Positions 18,048-27,965 are shown, numbered from the stretch's first letter. The stretch: DNA of 64,000 nucleotides from Clostridia bacterium (GCA_017430135.1 JAFRNM010000007.1:6266-70265); one strand, 5' to 3'. Made by a program: numbers and translations. The notes: a model not told the origin generated them from the letters alone.

Positions 18048-19271
18048 TTATGTTTCAGTTAGTAATATGCTTGACTCTACCATACTATCGATTTTTACAT
18101 CAAAAAAAGCATTTTTGTAATTTTCATTCCAATTATAATTATTAAAATCATTTGTAGTTAAAAACAAAGAAAGTGCATATTTTCCAAATTCATTGATATC
18201 AACTTTAAATTCTTTTGAAGTTTTGTATAAATAATCTGAAAAGGCTGATTCTAAGTAACTATCACAAATATCAGAAATTGCTTCTAACTTGTTCTTATCT
18301 AAATATTGTCTGTTTGAGTCAACCGAATAAATTCTACCTGAAAAATAACAGTTAACTTTAATGTATGGAGAGCCATTTGTGATTTTTATAGATATTTTGG
18401 TAGGATTTGTAGGGGACATATAAATATCTAAATAACTATTTTCAGATTCAGGGTCAGGAATTGTTATAAAAAAGCCTTTGGCTTTATTTGTCATGTTTAA
18501 GTAAGATAAACATTCAAATGCATTTAATTCACCAACTAGCTTGTCATCTCTAAAAACGGCAAGTCCAATATTTTCAGAGCCTCGTTTACCAGAAATTGTA
18601 GATTCATTTGCTTTAACACTTGAAGATTGATTTTCGGTTATATCAGTTGGGTAAAATATATTTTCTGTATTCATTCCTCCCAAAATTGCAACAGGATTAC
18701 AGGTATCACATTCAAGTTTATTTAAGAAATCTCCAATAGTTGCATCAGATGAATATCCTGTGAAATTGCTAGAATAGTCAAATATATCGTAATATTTAGT
18801 TATTAAATTCTCCAAAATTGGTTTTGAATTTTGTATATAATATTTGGCTGTACACTTGCTTACAACTATGTTTGCAGAAGGTCTAATTTGAGTATCATTC
18901 ATTAAAGTATAAATATGTTTAGAAATTCCTTCTGAAGCAACCTCTTCAGAAATTACAATAACTTTACAATGGGATAAATTGATTCTTTTTCCAATATAAG
19001 AATTCATTAAATTTATAGCAGAGCCTATTGAATTTGCTTCAACATTATTAACAATTGATGGACTTTTTTCTGCAGTTCCAGATTCTGAATTTGATGTTAC
19101 ATTTGTAAATTGAAAACTGAAATTGTAACCTTGAGAAGAAGATTTGTCTATTCCAATAGCAACAACATAAGCCAGTTTATCAATACTTAAAGATTTATAA
19201 GAGCCAGAAAATGCAACTAATAAAAGTACAATAATAGTTAATACAAAAATTCTTTTAAATGTATATTTCAT
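18048..19271 (-). CDS. Ger(x)C-family spore germination protein
   Basis: 407 aa. KLAYVVAIGIDK start of the GerAC fold; third gene of a gerA-type operon. The usual lipobox Cys is replaced (VAFSGSYKS). Confidence 0.8.
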   Translation of the reverse strand: MKYTFKRIFVLTIIVLLLVAFSGSYKSLSIDKLAYVVAIGIDKSSSQGYNFSFQFTNVTSNSESGTAEKSPSIVNNVEANSIGSAINLMNSYIGKRINLSHCKVIVISEEVASEGISKHIYTLMNDTQIRPSANIVVSKCTAKYYIQNSKPILENLITKYYDIFDYSSNFTGYSSDATIGDFLNKLECDTCNPVAILGGMNTENIFYPTDITENQSSSVKANESTISGKRGSENIGLAVFRDDKLVGELNAFECLSYLNMTNKAKGFFITIPDPESENSYLDIYMSPTNPTKISIKITNGSPYIKVNCYFSGRIYSVDSNRQYLDKNKLEAISDICDSYLESAFSDYLYKTSKEFKVDINEFGKYALSLFLTTNDFNNYNWNENYKNAFFDVKIDSMVESSILLTET

Positions 19272-19343
19272 TTTAAAATCCTTTCTTTTTATTCAAAAAA
19301 GCTATATATTCAAATTTGTAGTTAAGTGAAAAAATGTTAAAAA

Positions 19344-20429
19344 CTAAAGATTTTTTCGCTTTTTTATGTTAGCAAGTATTAGAATACTAATACCAAAAAC
19401 AAATATTATTGCTATAGAAAAATAACTATAAATTTTTGTTTCCCAAAATGTTGATACAGCAAGGTTTTTGGGAAACATAGAAATTGCAATAGTCAAAAGC
19501 CCAAAAACATTTATAATTTCTTTAGTGTTTTTTATATTAGTCATTTTTTGAAAAATACTAATAGCAAACTTTGTAGCAATTGTTAAATAACTTATAAATG
19601 ACAAAATCCATACCATCATAAAAATAGATTCAAGTCTTTGCAGAAAGTTACCAAAAGAAATGTATCTTGCAGCAGAGTAGAGAGGCATGATTTCGTTTGT
19701 TGTAAAAAATGATGGAAATATAAACAATATAATAGAAACACATAAAATTAAATATGTTCCAGTTAAAATTGCAGATAATACAGATATTTTTTTGTATTTT
19801 TCAGGCTCTTTTAAATATGGTGGAATGAAATATAAATATTTTAAACCTTCAAATGCAGAGATATTAAGCAATCCAGTAACAAAAGTGTCTTTAAAACCGC
19901 CACCTAAAATAGGGAATATTTTTTGTATATCGAAACTTTTAAAATTAGCAATAAAAATAAAAACTATACTAACTAGCGCAATGGGTAGAATTAGAAGATT
20001 GACTTTTAAAGAAACATTGAAGCCGAGCCTATTTGAAATGCACGAACCAATTACAAATAATAATATTAAAAATATAATTGGTGTCATTTGAAAGTATACA
20101 AGCCCAAGAGCTTCGCAAAAGTTTCTTAGCAAAATAGCAGAGCTTACCATATAATAAAAAATGAAAATAGCTCCAACTATTTGCTTAAATAATTTTCCAC
20201 CTAAATATTCAGAAATGTCCAAAATATCAGCATTTCCAAACTTTTTAAATAGCTTTGCAATTAGCAATGCTAAAAGGGTACAAATTATTGTAATAAAAAT
20301 AATATTTAAAATTGTTGCTGATTTTGTTCTTACTATCAAATCTCTTGGAAGGGATAAAATAGAGTGGCTTATTATCACTGTTAAAATTATTAAAACTGCT
20401 TCGGTTGTTCCTATTTTTGACCTTGACAT
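19344..20429 (-). CDS. GerAB-family spore germination permease
   Basis: 361 aa polytopic membrane protein of the spore-permease/APC type, sitting between the GerAA and GerAC homologues. Confidence 0.8.
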   Translation of the reverse strand: MSRSKIGTTEAVLIILTVIISHSILSLPRDLIVRTKSATILNIIFITIICTLLALLIAKLFKKFGNADILDISEYLGGKLFKQIVGAIFIFYYMVSSAILLRNFCEALGLVYFQMTPIIFLILLFVIGSCISNRLGFNVSLKVNLLILPIALVSIVFIFIANFKSFDIQKIFPILGGGFKDTFVTGLLNISAFEGLKYLYFIPPYLKEPEKYKKISVLSAILTGTYLILCVSIILFIFPSFFTTNEIMPLYSAARYISFGNFLQRLESIFMMVWILSFISYLTIATKFAISIFQKMTNIKNTKEIINVFGLLTIAISMFPKNLAVSTFWETKIYSYFSIAIIFVFGISILILANIKKRKNL

Positions 20430-20445
20430 TTTCTTATCAGTCCTT

Positions 20446-21297
20446 TCATTTATAAGAATTCTTCCACTTCATTGAAATATTTTCTTGTGAATTAGGCTTT
20501 TTAGAAGAAATATAACTTGCCCTGTGTTCTCTTTTCCAGATAGGAGAAAGAAAATATCCATTTTCTTCTGTTTTAATTTTTGGGGCAATTGGAACTGTTA
20601 AAGGAACTCCAAAAGAATTCAAACTGCATAAAACAGATAAATAAACAAATAAGCCTATTCCAATTCCTAAAAAACCAGCCATATATCCTAGCAATATAAA
20701 TGCAAATCTAAAATATCTTAAATGAAATCCAAATATAAAATCTGGAATTGTAAAAGAAGCAATACCAGTAATTGCAACTATTATAATTAAAATAGGGCTT
20801 ACAATATCAGCACTAACAGCAGCTTGACCTAAAACCAAAGCGCCTACTATTCCAATTGTTGGACCAACAGGGGAAGGAACTCTTAAACCTGCTTCTCTAA
20901 TTAGCTCAAAAGAAATTTCCATAATCAATATTTCGAAAATTACAGGGAATGGAACATTTTCTCTAGAAGCTAAAATAGAAAATAATAATTCTGTTGGCAA
21001 AATCTCTTCGTGGAAGCTGGTTATAGCTACATAAAGACCAGGCAAAAGTAAAGTTAGGAATGCACCAATAAAACGCAACATTCTTAAAAAATTTGCAAAA
21101 TTCGTTTTTAAATTTTTATCTTCAGGAGAAGTCATATAATCTATTAAAGTTATTGGGAGTATTATTGCATAAGGAGAACCATTTACAATAATAATAACTC
21201 TGCCTTCCATTAAAAATTCACAAGCTTTGTCAGGTCTTTCTGTTGACATTGTTTCAGGAATTCCGAAGTTCATTTTCTTCAGAAATAAGTTGTTCAA
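20446..21297 (-). CDS. GerAA-family germination protein, C-terminal (membrane) fragment
   Basis: Contains TERPDKACEFLMEGRVIIIVNGSPYAIILP and the TM region. The only start is a TTG that overlaps the stop of the upstream fragment by 4 nt. Confidence 0.7.
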   Translation of the reverse strand: MNNLFLKKMNFGIPETMSTERPDKACEFLMEGRVIIIVNGSPYAIILPITLIDYMTSPEDKNLKTNFANFLRMLRFIGAFLTLLLPGLYVAITSFHEEILPTELLFSILASRENVPFPVIFEILIMEISFELIREAGLRVPSPVGPTIGIVGALVLGQAAVSADIVSPILIIIVAITGIASFTIPDFIFGFHLRYFRFAFILLGYMAGFLGIGIGLFVYLSVLCSLNSFGVPLTVPIAPKIKTEENGYFLSPIWKREHRASYISSKKPNSQENISMKWKNSYK

Positions 21298-22154
21298 GTT
21301 CTCCGAGAAGAGAGTAAGGAGTCAACTCCTAAATTATTTAGTCTGTATTTTGCTTCTGCTACTAAATCTGAATTTGTAATGTTTTGCATATAGCAAATAC
21401 CACATTTTGTTTTAGTAATTTCTCCAACTTCAACATTTTCTATAATTAGATTTTCATTATTTATAATTCTTCTTAAAATTGAAGTATTAGTTCTCAAATT
21501 TTCTACAAAAGCCTCTTGTGAGCCTTTTATTACGACTTCGTTATTAGGAGCATCAATGCTTCTTTGCTTAAAACCTTTTACTTCAATATCAAAAGCAATG
21601 TCTAAAGTATCTATAAATAAAGCACAATTACCAGAGTTGACGCCAGAGAATACCTTCTCAAAATATTCTTCAACTTTAACACTATTTTGAGGCATTAGGC
21701 AGTTTAACAAATATTGAGTTATATCAAATTTTTTTACTTTTCTAATAGTTACATTATTTATTTTGGTTTCCGAAATAACTCTTGTTTGCTCTCCTGCATA
21801 AGAATTACTTTGATTTTTTAGCATTAAAGGCTTTAAAACAAAGTCGTTCATTATATTTGTATCTATCATTCCATCTATATAAAGTAAGAAGGCTTTATAT
21901 TGCTGATTTCTGGCGTTTAAGATAAATTCTCTAATTACAATATCACTATTTATTAAAGTATTATAAGAAGTTTTTACATGATTTAAATTATTATCATATT
22001 GTTTTTCTATCTTAGTCTTTTGAGGATTTTCTGTTGCATCATTAGTTGAATTTTGATTTTCTACGTGATCTAAAACACTGAAGACATAGCTCTTTTCAGG
22101 CTTATATGAAAAGAAGTTTTTAATACTATTTTTTATATCCATTTTTATAATCAT
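21294..22154 (-). CDS. GerAA-family germination protein, N-terminal (soluble) fragment
   Basis: 286 aa ending ...LNNLGVDSLLSSRRT*. The homologous sequence continues in another frame (see finding). Confidence 0.7.
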   Translation of the reverse strand: MIIKMDIKNSIKNFFSYKPEKSYVFSVLDHVENQNSTNDATENPQKTKIEKQYDNNLNHVKTSYNTLINSDIVIREFILNARNQQYKAFLLYIDGMIDTNIMNDFVLKPLMLKNQSNSYAGEQTRVISETKINNVTIRKVKKFDITQYLLNCLMPQNSVKVEEYFEKVFSGVNSGNCALFIDTLDIAFDIEVKGFKQRSIDAPNNEVVIKGSQEAFVENLRTNTSILRRIINNENLIIENVEVGEITKTKCGICYMQNITNSDLVAEAKYRLNNLGVDSLLSSRRT

Positions 22155-22204
22155 TCCTTTTAGAATTATTTAATACTTATATTTTCAAATAATTTTTCCA
22201 AAAT

Positions 22205-22233
22205 TAGTATGTGAAAAAATTCCAAAATTATAC
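22205..22233 (-). promoter_or_regulatory. forespore sigma (G/F)-type promoter candidate for the gerA-type operon
   Basis: On the - strand: GTATA, 17 nt spacer, CATACTA, about 50 nt upstream of the gerAA start. Confidence 0.4.
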
Positions 22234-22312
22234 TGGCTTTTTTAATATTAAAATGTTATAATTAAATTATAACGGAGATTTAAAAGTGTTCCAAAAGATT
22301 GGAGGAAAACAA

Positions 22313-23473
22313 ATGAAAAGTAAATTCACTTCAATACTTATGTTTTTCATAATATTAGCAATAATAGGTGCTGCGGGAATTATAGGAATAACAATATTTA
22401 AAGATATTTTTGGAATTAATATTCTAGAACCTGCAAGTGAGCAAGAAGCAGAAAATTTTGATGGTGATGCATATTATTATAATAGTGAGGAAGAATATGC
22501 TTCATCTAACGACAGAAAAACATTAGAAAAACTTGAAATACCTGAAGTAAAGAATATCAGAAGTTCAAATGCTTCTAATTCAAATCAAACATCTGTAAAT
22601 TATGATAATGTAAATGTTAATAAATATTTTTATAATCAACTAAATAATTATTCACAAACAATATATAAAGCAATAGAAAGCAATAAAGAACAAATGAAAA
22701 CAGGAACTCATCAAGTTGACTTGGGTTCAACATTTACAAGTGTTTTATCTAGAGATGATGGTCAAGAAAAATTGGGGGATTATTTTCAATCTGCAATAGA
22801 AGCATATTTTTATGACAATCCAGATGTATTCTATTTGAGTCCAAGCAAAATGTACTTAAATATTGAAACAACAACAAGAGGAAGCAAAAAAACTTATAAT
22901 GTTTTTATAAATAATGGTGAAGCTGAGAATTATTTAATAGACGAATTTAATTCTAAAGCTCAAGTAGATGCAGCAGTTGACAGAGTTTCAAGAGTAAGAA
23001 ATAATCTGATTAGCAAAAAAACAAGTAGTGTTTATGATAATATAAAAATGGTTCATAATTATTTAATTGATAATATTGAATATGACAAAGATGTAAATAG
23101 TAGAAATACATATGATATCTATGGAGCATTAGTAAATGGTAAATGTGTGTGCGAGGGATATGCAAAAGCATTTAAATATATATTAGATGGAATGGGAATT
23201 GAATGTACATTAGTAATAGGAAAAGCAACAAATTCATCTGGAAAAAGTGAAAGCCATGCATGGAACTATGTAAAATTAGATGGAAATTATTATGCAGTCG
23301 ACTGCACATGGGATGACCCAATAGTAATTGGAGGAGTTGCAACAGATAGCATGAGATATAAGTATTTCTTAAAGGGATATGGAGAAATGAATAAAGACCA
23401 TTTTCCATCTGGAAAATTTACAGAAGATGGGATGGAGTTTAGTTATCCTGCAGTAAGTTATACTGCTTATTAA
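22313..23473 (+). CDS. membrane-anchored transglutaminase-like cysteine protease domain protein
   Basis: ATG 22313 behind GGAGG; N-terminal TM. Core GKCVCEGYAKAFKY...SHAWNYVKLDGNYYAVDCTWDD (Cys-His-Asp triad pattern). Confidence 0.7.
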   Translation: MKSKFTSILMFFIILAIIGAAGIIGITIFKDIFGINILEPASEQEAENFDGDAYYYNSEEEYASSNDRKTLEKLEIPEVKNIRSSNASNSNQTSVNYDNVNVNKYFYNQLNNYSQTIYKAIESNKEQMKTGTHQVDLGSTFTSVLSRDDGQEKLGDYFQSAIEAYFYDNPDVFYLSPSKMYLNIETTTRGSKKTYNVFINNGEAENYLIDEFNSKAQVDAAVDRVSRVRNNLISKKTSSVYDNIKMVHNYLIDNIEYDKDVNSRNTYDIYGALVNGKCVCEGYAKAFKYILDGMGIECTLVIGKATNSSGKSESHAWNYVKLDGNYYAVDCTWDDPIVIGGVATDSMRYKYFLKGYGEMNKDHFPSGKFTEDGMEFSYPAVSYTAY

Positions 23474-23523
23474 AAAATACAATTTTGACTATGTCAGATT
23501 ACATTCAAAGAATGGGTGATTGA

Positions 23524-23964
23524 ATGAATATGGAAATAAAAAAAATGACAATAGAAGATTTAGAAGAAATAAAAGATGTTTTAAAAAATGACTTTGATGA
23601 TTTTTGGAATTACAATATTTTAAGCCAAGAACTTCAAAATGAAAACTCATATTATATTGTTGCAAAAGACGAACAAGAGCAAATTGTTGGATTTGCAGGT
23701 GTTCAGTTTATATTAGATGAAGCAGATATAACAAATATAGTAACGAAAAAAAGTGCAAGAAATTGTGGAATAGCAACAAAACTAATGGAAAAACTAATCA
23801 AAATTTGTGAACAAAAAAATATTTCAAATATTACATTAGAGGTAAATGAAAATAATATTTATGCTATAAAACTATATGAAAAATTTGATTTTAAAGAAAT
23901 AGGACGAAGGAAAAAATATTACAATGGAATAGATACTGCTATTATAATGGAATTAAAAAAATAA
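23524..23964 (+). CDS. rimI: GNAT acetyltransferase, RimI-like (ribosomal protein S18-alanine N-acetyltransferase)
   Basis: 146 aa GNAT fold (RNCGIATKLMEKLI). Next to tsaB/tsaE but on the opposite strand. Confidence 0.7.
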   Translation: MNMEIKKMTIEDLEEIKDVLKNDFDDFWNYNILSQELQNENSYYIVAKDEQEQIVGFAGVQFILDEADITNIVTKKSARNCGIATKLMEKLIKICEQKNISNITLEVNENNIYAIKLYEKFDFKEIGRRKKYYNGIDTAIIMELKK

Positions 23965-24009
23965 ATAAATAAATGAAAGTTGCCTATGGCGACTTTCATT
24001 TATTTATTT
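23963..24009. terminator. bidirectional terminator between rimI and tsaB
   Basis: AAATAAATAAATGAAAGT-loop-ACTTTCATTTATTTATTT, a perfect 18-bp stem followed by a T-run. Overlaps the tsaB stop. Confidence 0.65.
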
Positions 24010-24697
24010 TTTCTTTTTCTTCCAATTGTCTTTGGGCTTGTGGCTTTTTTAAATAAAGTGGGGTAAGAGGTATCTCTGAATTATTAGATATTTTATTAAA
24101 ACCAGCAAGTGCAAGATTCTCAGTGTTTATGATATTTAAACAGTTATCTGCATAAATCGCATTTTTGTTGTTTGATAATATTTCGTTTTTATAGCTAGTT
24201 ACTCCATCACCTACAAATGTAATTTGTTTATTTGTTGCGTTATTTAAGTGGTCAAACATTTCGAAAATAGAAGCGGCAGTAGGTGGTATAATTTCAATAT
24301 ATTTTCCATTATTATGTTCATAAAGTGCATAATAACAATTATTATTTTTACAATCAATAACGCTAGCAATAAAGCCATCTTCTTTAATATTATAAGCCAA
24401 TGCTTCTAATGAACTAACACCAGTGAATTTAGAACTATTAGAACTATCAACAAAAGCCATAGCAGTTGCAACACCAATTCTAATTCCTGTAAAAGAACCA
24501 GGCCCAATATCACAAACGAAAGCTTCAATATCTGAAATTGAAAGCTTATTTTTTTCTAACAAATCCTTAATCAAAGGCATTAAAGTCTCAGAATGAGTTA
24601 AGCCATTATCAATTTCTAATTTATCAATTATTATATCATTTTCACATAAGCAAGCTCCACATAGCTTGCCAGAAGTTTCTATTGCCAAAAGTTTCAT
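23996..24697 (-). CDS. tsaB: tRNA t6A37 threonylcarbamoyltransferase complex subunit TsaB
   Basis: Starts MKLLAIETSGKLCGA behind AAAGGAGG (track start 24739 is further upstream). GPGSFTGIRIGVA motif. Confidence 0.85.
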   Translation of the reverse strand: MKLLAIETSGKLCGACLCENDIIIDKLEIDNGLTHSETLMPLIKDLLEKNKLSISDIEAFVCDIGPGSFTGIRIGVATAMAFVDSSNSSKFTGVSSLEALAYNIKEDGFIASVIDCKNNNCYYALYEHNNGKYIEIIPPTAASIFEMFDHLNNATNKQITFVGDGVTSYKNEILSNNKNAIYADNCLNIINTENLALAGFNKISNNSEIPLTPLYLKKPQAQRQLEEKEKINK

Positions 24698-24732
24698 TAT
24701 ATCCTCCTTTAAAAATATGGTTCCAACTTTTT

Positions 24733-24773
24733 GGGACACCCTAAAAAAGTTACGACTTTTTTAAAGGGTCCCC
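24733..24773. repeat. family D palindrome between tsaE and tsaB
   Basis: GGGACACCCTAAAAAAGT-TACG-ACTTTTTTAAAGGGTCCCC. Confidence 0.75.
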
Positions 24774-24799
24774 AAAAGTCCCAAAAAGTATCTATGGAA

Positions 24800-25234
24800 T
24801 TAAATTGAAATGTTTTTGTTTATTGTTAAGTTACGCACATTTTCATCTTCATAATCTTTTGAAAATGTTATTTTTATATATTCTGGTGGTAGCAAATTTT
24901 CAATCATTTCGCCCCATTCAATAATGCAAATTCCTTTTTCAAAATATTCTTCGCCACCAATTGCTAAAAATTCATCTTCATCTTCCAACCTATAAACATC
25001 AAAATGAAAAACAGGTGGGGTTGAATTATATTCATTTACAATAGTAAAAGTTGGGCTAGAAATTTCATTTGCCATGCCGAAATACTCCAGAATACCTTCA
25101 GTAAACTTGGTTTTACCAGAGCCAAGCTCACCAGAAAGTACAATAATATCTCCAATTTTTAATGTACTTGCTAACTTTTTTGCAAATTGCTTTGTTTCTT
25201 CTTCACTATGAGATTTAAAATGAAATTCATTCAT
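24800..25234 (-). CDS. tsaE: tRNA t6A37 biosynthesis ATPase TsaE
   Basis: 144 aa. GELGSGKTKFTEG P-loop and SPTFTIVNEY motif. Confidence 0.85.
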   Translation of the reverse strand: MNEFHFKSHSEEETKQFAKKLASTLKIGDIIVLSGELGSGKTKFTEGILEYFGMANEISSPTFTIVNEYNSTPPVFHFDVYRLEDEDEFLAIGGEEYFEKGICIIEWGEMIENLLPPEYIKITFSKDYEDENVRNLTINKNISI

Positions 25235-25462
25235 TTTTCAAGCATTCCTTTCTTAATTTATGTAAATATTATATTATAAAAAATAAATTAGGTCAAGTGC
25301 AAATAGTAATGTGATTTTGCCCTGTGACATAGGGTAATATGCTTTTTAAGAGTGTCCCAAATCGCATAGAGGAAGTGAAACAGACTGGGCAGGAATTACA
25401 GGTGTTAATCAATCCAATATTGTTATAAATCAATATAACTATACTGGAGATTAAAATAAAAA

Positions 25463-25507
25463 ACAAGGCTTAAGAAAAACTTAAGCCTTGTTTTTATTTT
25501 TTTTCTT
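25463..25507. terminator. orphan bidirectional intrinsic terminator
   Basis: ACAAGGCTTAAG-AAAAA-CTTAAGCCTTGT flanked by an A-run and a long T-run. No intact gene ends here. Confidence 0.6.
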
Positions 25508-25598
25508 ATAAACCACTTGATAAATATAGATAAATGTAATATAATTGCAATACAATTGAAAAGAAAATGTAATATAAACCAAAAGGAGTTTGAGTTAT

Positions 25599-26609
25599 AT
25601 GTTTAAGTTTGATTTTGGTCAAGATATTGGAATAGATTTAGGTACAGCAACGGTTATAGCTTATGTTAAAGGAAAAGGAATTGTATTAAGAGAACCTTCT
25701 GTTGTTGCGGTAGATAGTAACACAGGAGATGTAGTTGCTGTTGGACAAGAAGCAAGAAGAATGCTTGGTAGAACACCAGGAAACATAGTGGCTACAAGAC
25801 CATTAAGAGATGGTGTAATTTCAAATTATACAGTAACAGAAAAAATGCTTAAATATTTTATAAATAAAGTTGGAGGAAGATTTATATTTGCTCCAAGAAT
25901 AATGATTTGTATACCTTCACAAGTTACAGAGGTTGAGAAAAAAGCTGTAATAGATGCTGCTACACAAGCAGGTGCTAGAAAAGTATATTTAATTGAAGAA
26001 CCTCTAGCTGCAGCAATTGGAGCAGGGTTAGATATTTCAAAACCTTGTGGAAACATGGTTGTAGATATTGGTGGAGGAACAACAGATATAGCGGTTATTT
26101 CACTTGGTGGAACTGTTGTAAGTAGTTCTTTAAAGGTTGCAGGAGATAAGTTTGACGAATATATTGTAAAATATGTTAAGAAAAAATATAACATGATGAT
26201 AGGGGAAAGAACAGCAGAAGATTTAAAAGTAAATGTTGGATGTGTTTATCCCAAAATTCAAGATGTAGAAATGGACATTAGAGGAAGAGACTTAATTACA
26301 GGGCTTCCAAAAACAGTAACTGTACATTCAAGTGAAATGCTACAAGCTCTATATGAACCAGCAATGATGATTGTAGATGCTGTCCATGGAGTTTTAGAAA
26401 AAACACCACCAGAATTAGCAGCAGATATAAGCGATAGAGGAATTTACATGACAGGTGGAGGTTGTCTAGTTGATGGATTAGACAAGCTTTTACAAGAAAA
26501 AACAGGAATAAGTGTAATGATAGCACAAGATTCAGTTTCATGTGTTGCTTTAGGAACAGGAAAAGCATTAGATAATCTAGATGTATTAGAAGGAAAAGTT
26601 AAAAAATAA
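25599..26609 (+). CDS. mreB: rod shape-determining protein MreB
   Basis: MFKFDFGQDIGIDLGTATV...REPSVVAV actin-like ATPase motifs. ATG 25599 lies about 10 nt after AAGGAG. Confidence 0.88.
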   Translation: MFKFDFGQDIGIDLGTATVIAYVKGKGIVLREPSVVAVDSNTGDVVAVGQEARRMLGRTPGNIVATRPLRDGVISNYTVTEKMLKYFINKVGGRFIFAPRIMICIPSQVTEVEKKAVIDAATQAGARKVYLIEEPLAAAIGAGLDISKPCGNMVVDIGGGTTDIAVISLGGTVVSSSLKVAGDKFDEYIVKYVKKKYNMMIGERTAEDLKVNVGCVYPKIQDVEMDIRGRDLITGLPKTVTVHSSEMLQALYEPAMMIVDAVHGVLEKTPPELAADISDRGIYMTGGGCLVDGLDKLLQEKTGISVMIAQDSVSCVALGTGKALDNLDVLEGKVKK

Positions 26610-26732
26610 AGTTTACAAATAGCAAATATATTATTATAATATATTTGTTATTTTTATAAGAAGGAGTAGATATGAAAAAAGTTACATTCATAACTTTGCG
26701 GTTGCAAGGTTAACCAATACGAATCAAATGCG

Positions 26733-27965
26733 ATGGCAGAGCAATTTATGGAACATGGCTATGAGCTTGTAGAAAAACAAGAAGTAGCAGATATATGTAT
26801 AGTAAATACTTGCACAGTAACAAATATGTCAGATAGAAAATCAAGACAAATGTTAAGAAGAGTGAAAGAAATTAACCCAAATGCAATTGTTGTTGCTTGT
26901 GGTTGCTATGCACAAGTAGCCAAAGAAGAATTAGAAAAAATGCAAGAAATTGACGTAGTTCTTGGAAATAATGAAAAAAAGGACATAGTAAAATTTGTAG
27001 AAAAATATATTGCTGAAAAAAATAAAGTACAAGAACTTGAAGATGTAATGAAAACAAACGAATTTGTTGATTTTGGAGATGTAACATTTACAGAGAAAAC
27101 AAGAGCAGTAATAAAAGTTCAAGATGGATGTAATAGATTTTGTACATATTGCATCATTCCTTACGCAAGAGGAAAAATAAGAAGTAGAAAGCCAGAAAGT
27201 GTAATTTCAGAAATAGAGAAAATTGCAAAAACAGGAATTAAAGAAGTTGTAATAACAGGAATTCATGTTGCATCATATGGAAAAGATTTAGGTGAAGATA
27301 TAGGTTTAATAGATCTATTAGAAAAAATAAACGAAGTTGAAGGTATACAAAGAATAAGACTTGGCTCTTTGGAACCAACTTTAATAACAGAAGAATTTCT
27401 TGAAAGACTTGTTAAATTAGAAAAAATATGTCATCATTTTCATTTATCTTTGCAAAGTGGGTGTGATGAAACATTAAAAAGAATGAATAGAAAATACACA
27501 ACTGAGGAATTTGGAAAAATTGTGGAATTGTTAAGAAAAACATATAAAGATGTAATACTAACAACAGACATAATAGTTGGTTTTGCAGGGGAAACAGATG
27601 AAGAATTCGAAAAAACTTATGAATTTCTAAGTAAAATAAAATTTTATAAAATGCATGTATTTAAATATTCTCAAAGAAAGGGAACACCTGCAGCCAAAAT
27701 GCCTAACCAAGTTGATGGCAATATAAAAGAACAAAGAAGTAGAAAATTATTAGAATTATCTGATAAAAATGAGCAGGAATATAATAAAACTTATATCGGA
27801 AAAAATGTAAAAGTTTTATTTGAAGAAGAAAAACAAGGGGTATACAAGGGACATACACAAAACTATATATTAGTTTATTGTGAATCTAGTGAAGATTTAT
27901 CTAATAAAATAATTGAAGTACAATGCAGTGGTATTAAAAATGATTACCTAATTGCAACAATATAG
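26733..27965 (+). CDS. mtaB: MiaB/RimO-family radical SAM methylthiotransferase (MtaB-like); 5' end displaced by a frameshift
   Basis: CNRFCTYC radical-SAM motif and TRAM-like C-terminus. The natural start MKKVTFITL... is at 26672 in another frame (see finding). Confidence 0.8.
   Translation: MAEQFMEHGYELVEKQEVADICIVNTCTVTNMSDRKSRQMLRRVKEINPNAIVVACGCYAQVAKEELEKMQEIDVVLGNNEKKDIVKFVEKYIAEKNKVQELEDVMKTNEFVDFGDVTFTEKTRAVIKVQDGCNRFCTYCIIPYARGKIRSRKPESVISEIEKIAKTGIKEVVITGIHVASYGKDLGEDIGLIDLLEKINEVEGIQRIRLGSLEPTLITEEFLERLVKLEKICHHFHLSLQSGCDETLKRMNRKYTTEEFGKIVELLRKTYKDVILTTDIIVGFAGETDEEFEKTYEFLSKIKFYKMHVFKYSQRKGTPAAKMPNQVDGNIKEQRSRKLLELSDKNEQEYNKTYIGKNVKVLFEEEKQGVYKGHTQNYILVYCESSEDLSNKIIEVQCSGIKNDYLIATI

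Noticed and set aside
19687-20475. 134-aa and 104-aa ORFs on the + strand opposite gerAB
   Set aside because: They are antisense to a well-supported polytopic permease gene, with no RBS and a composition typical of antisense artefacts.
25265-25455. Possible gene remnant (open frame ...ETDWAGITGVNQSNIVINQYNYTGD*) ahead of the orphan terminator at 25463-25507
   Set aside because: Only about 31 codons are open, with no start codon or RBS and no recognisable motif. It cannot be distinguished from chance, though an orphan terminator is compatible with a decayed gene.
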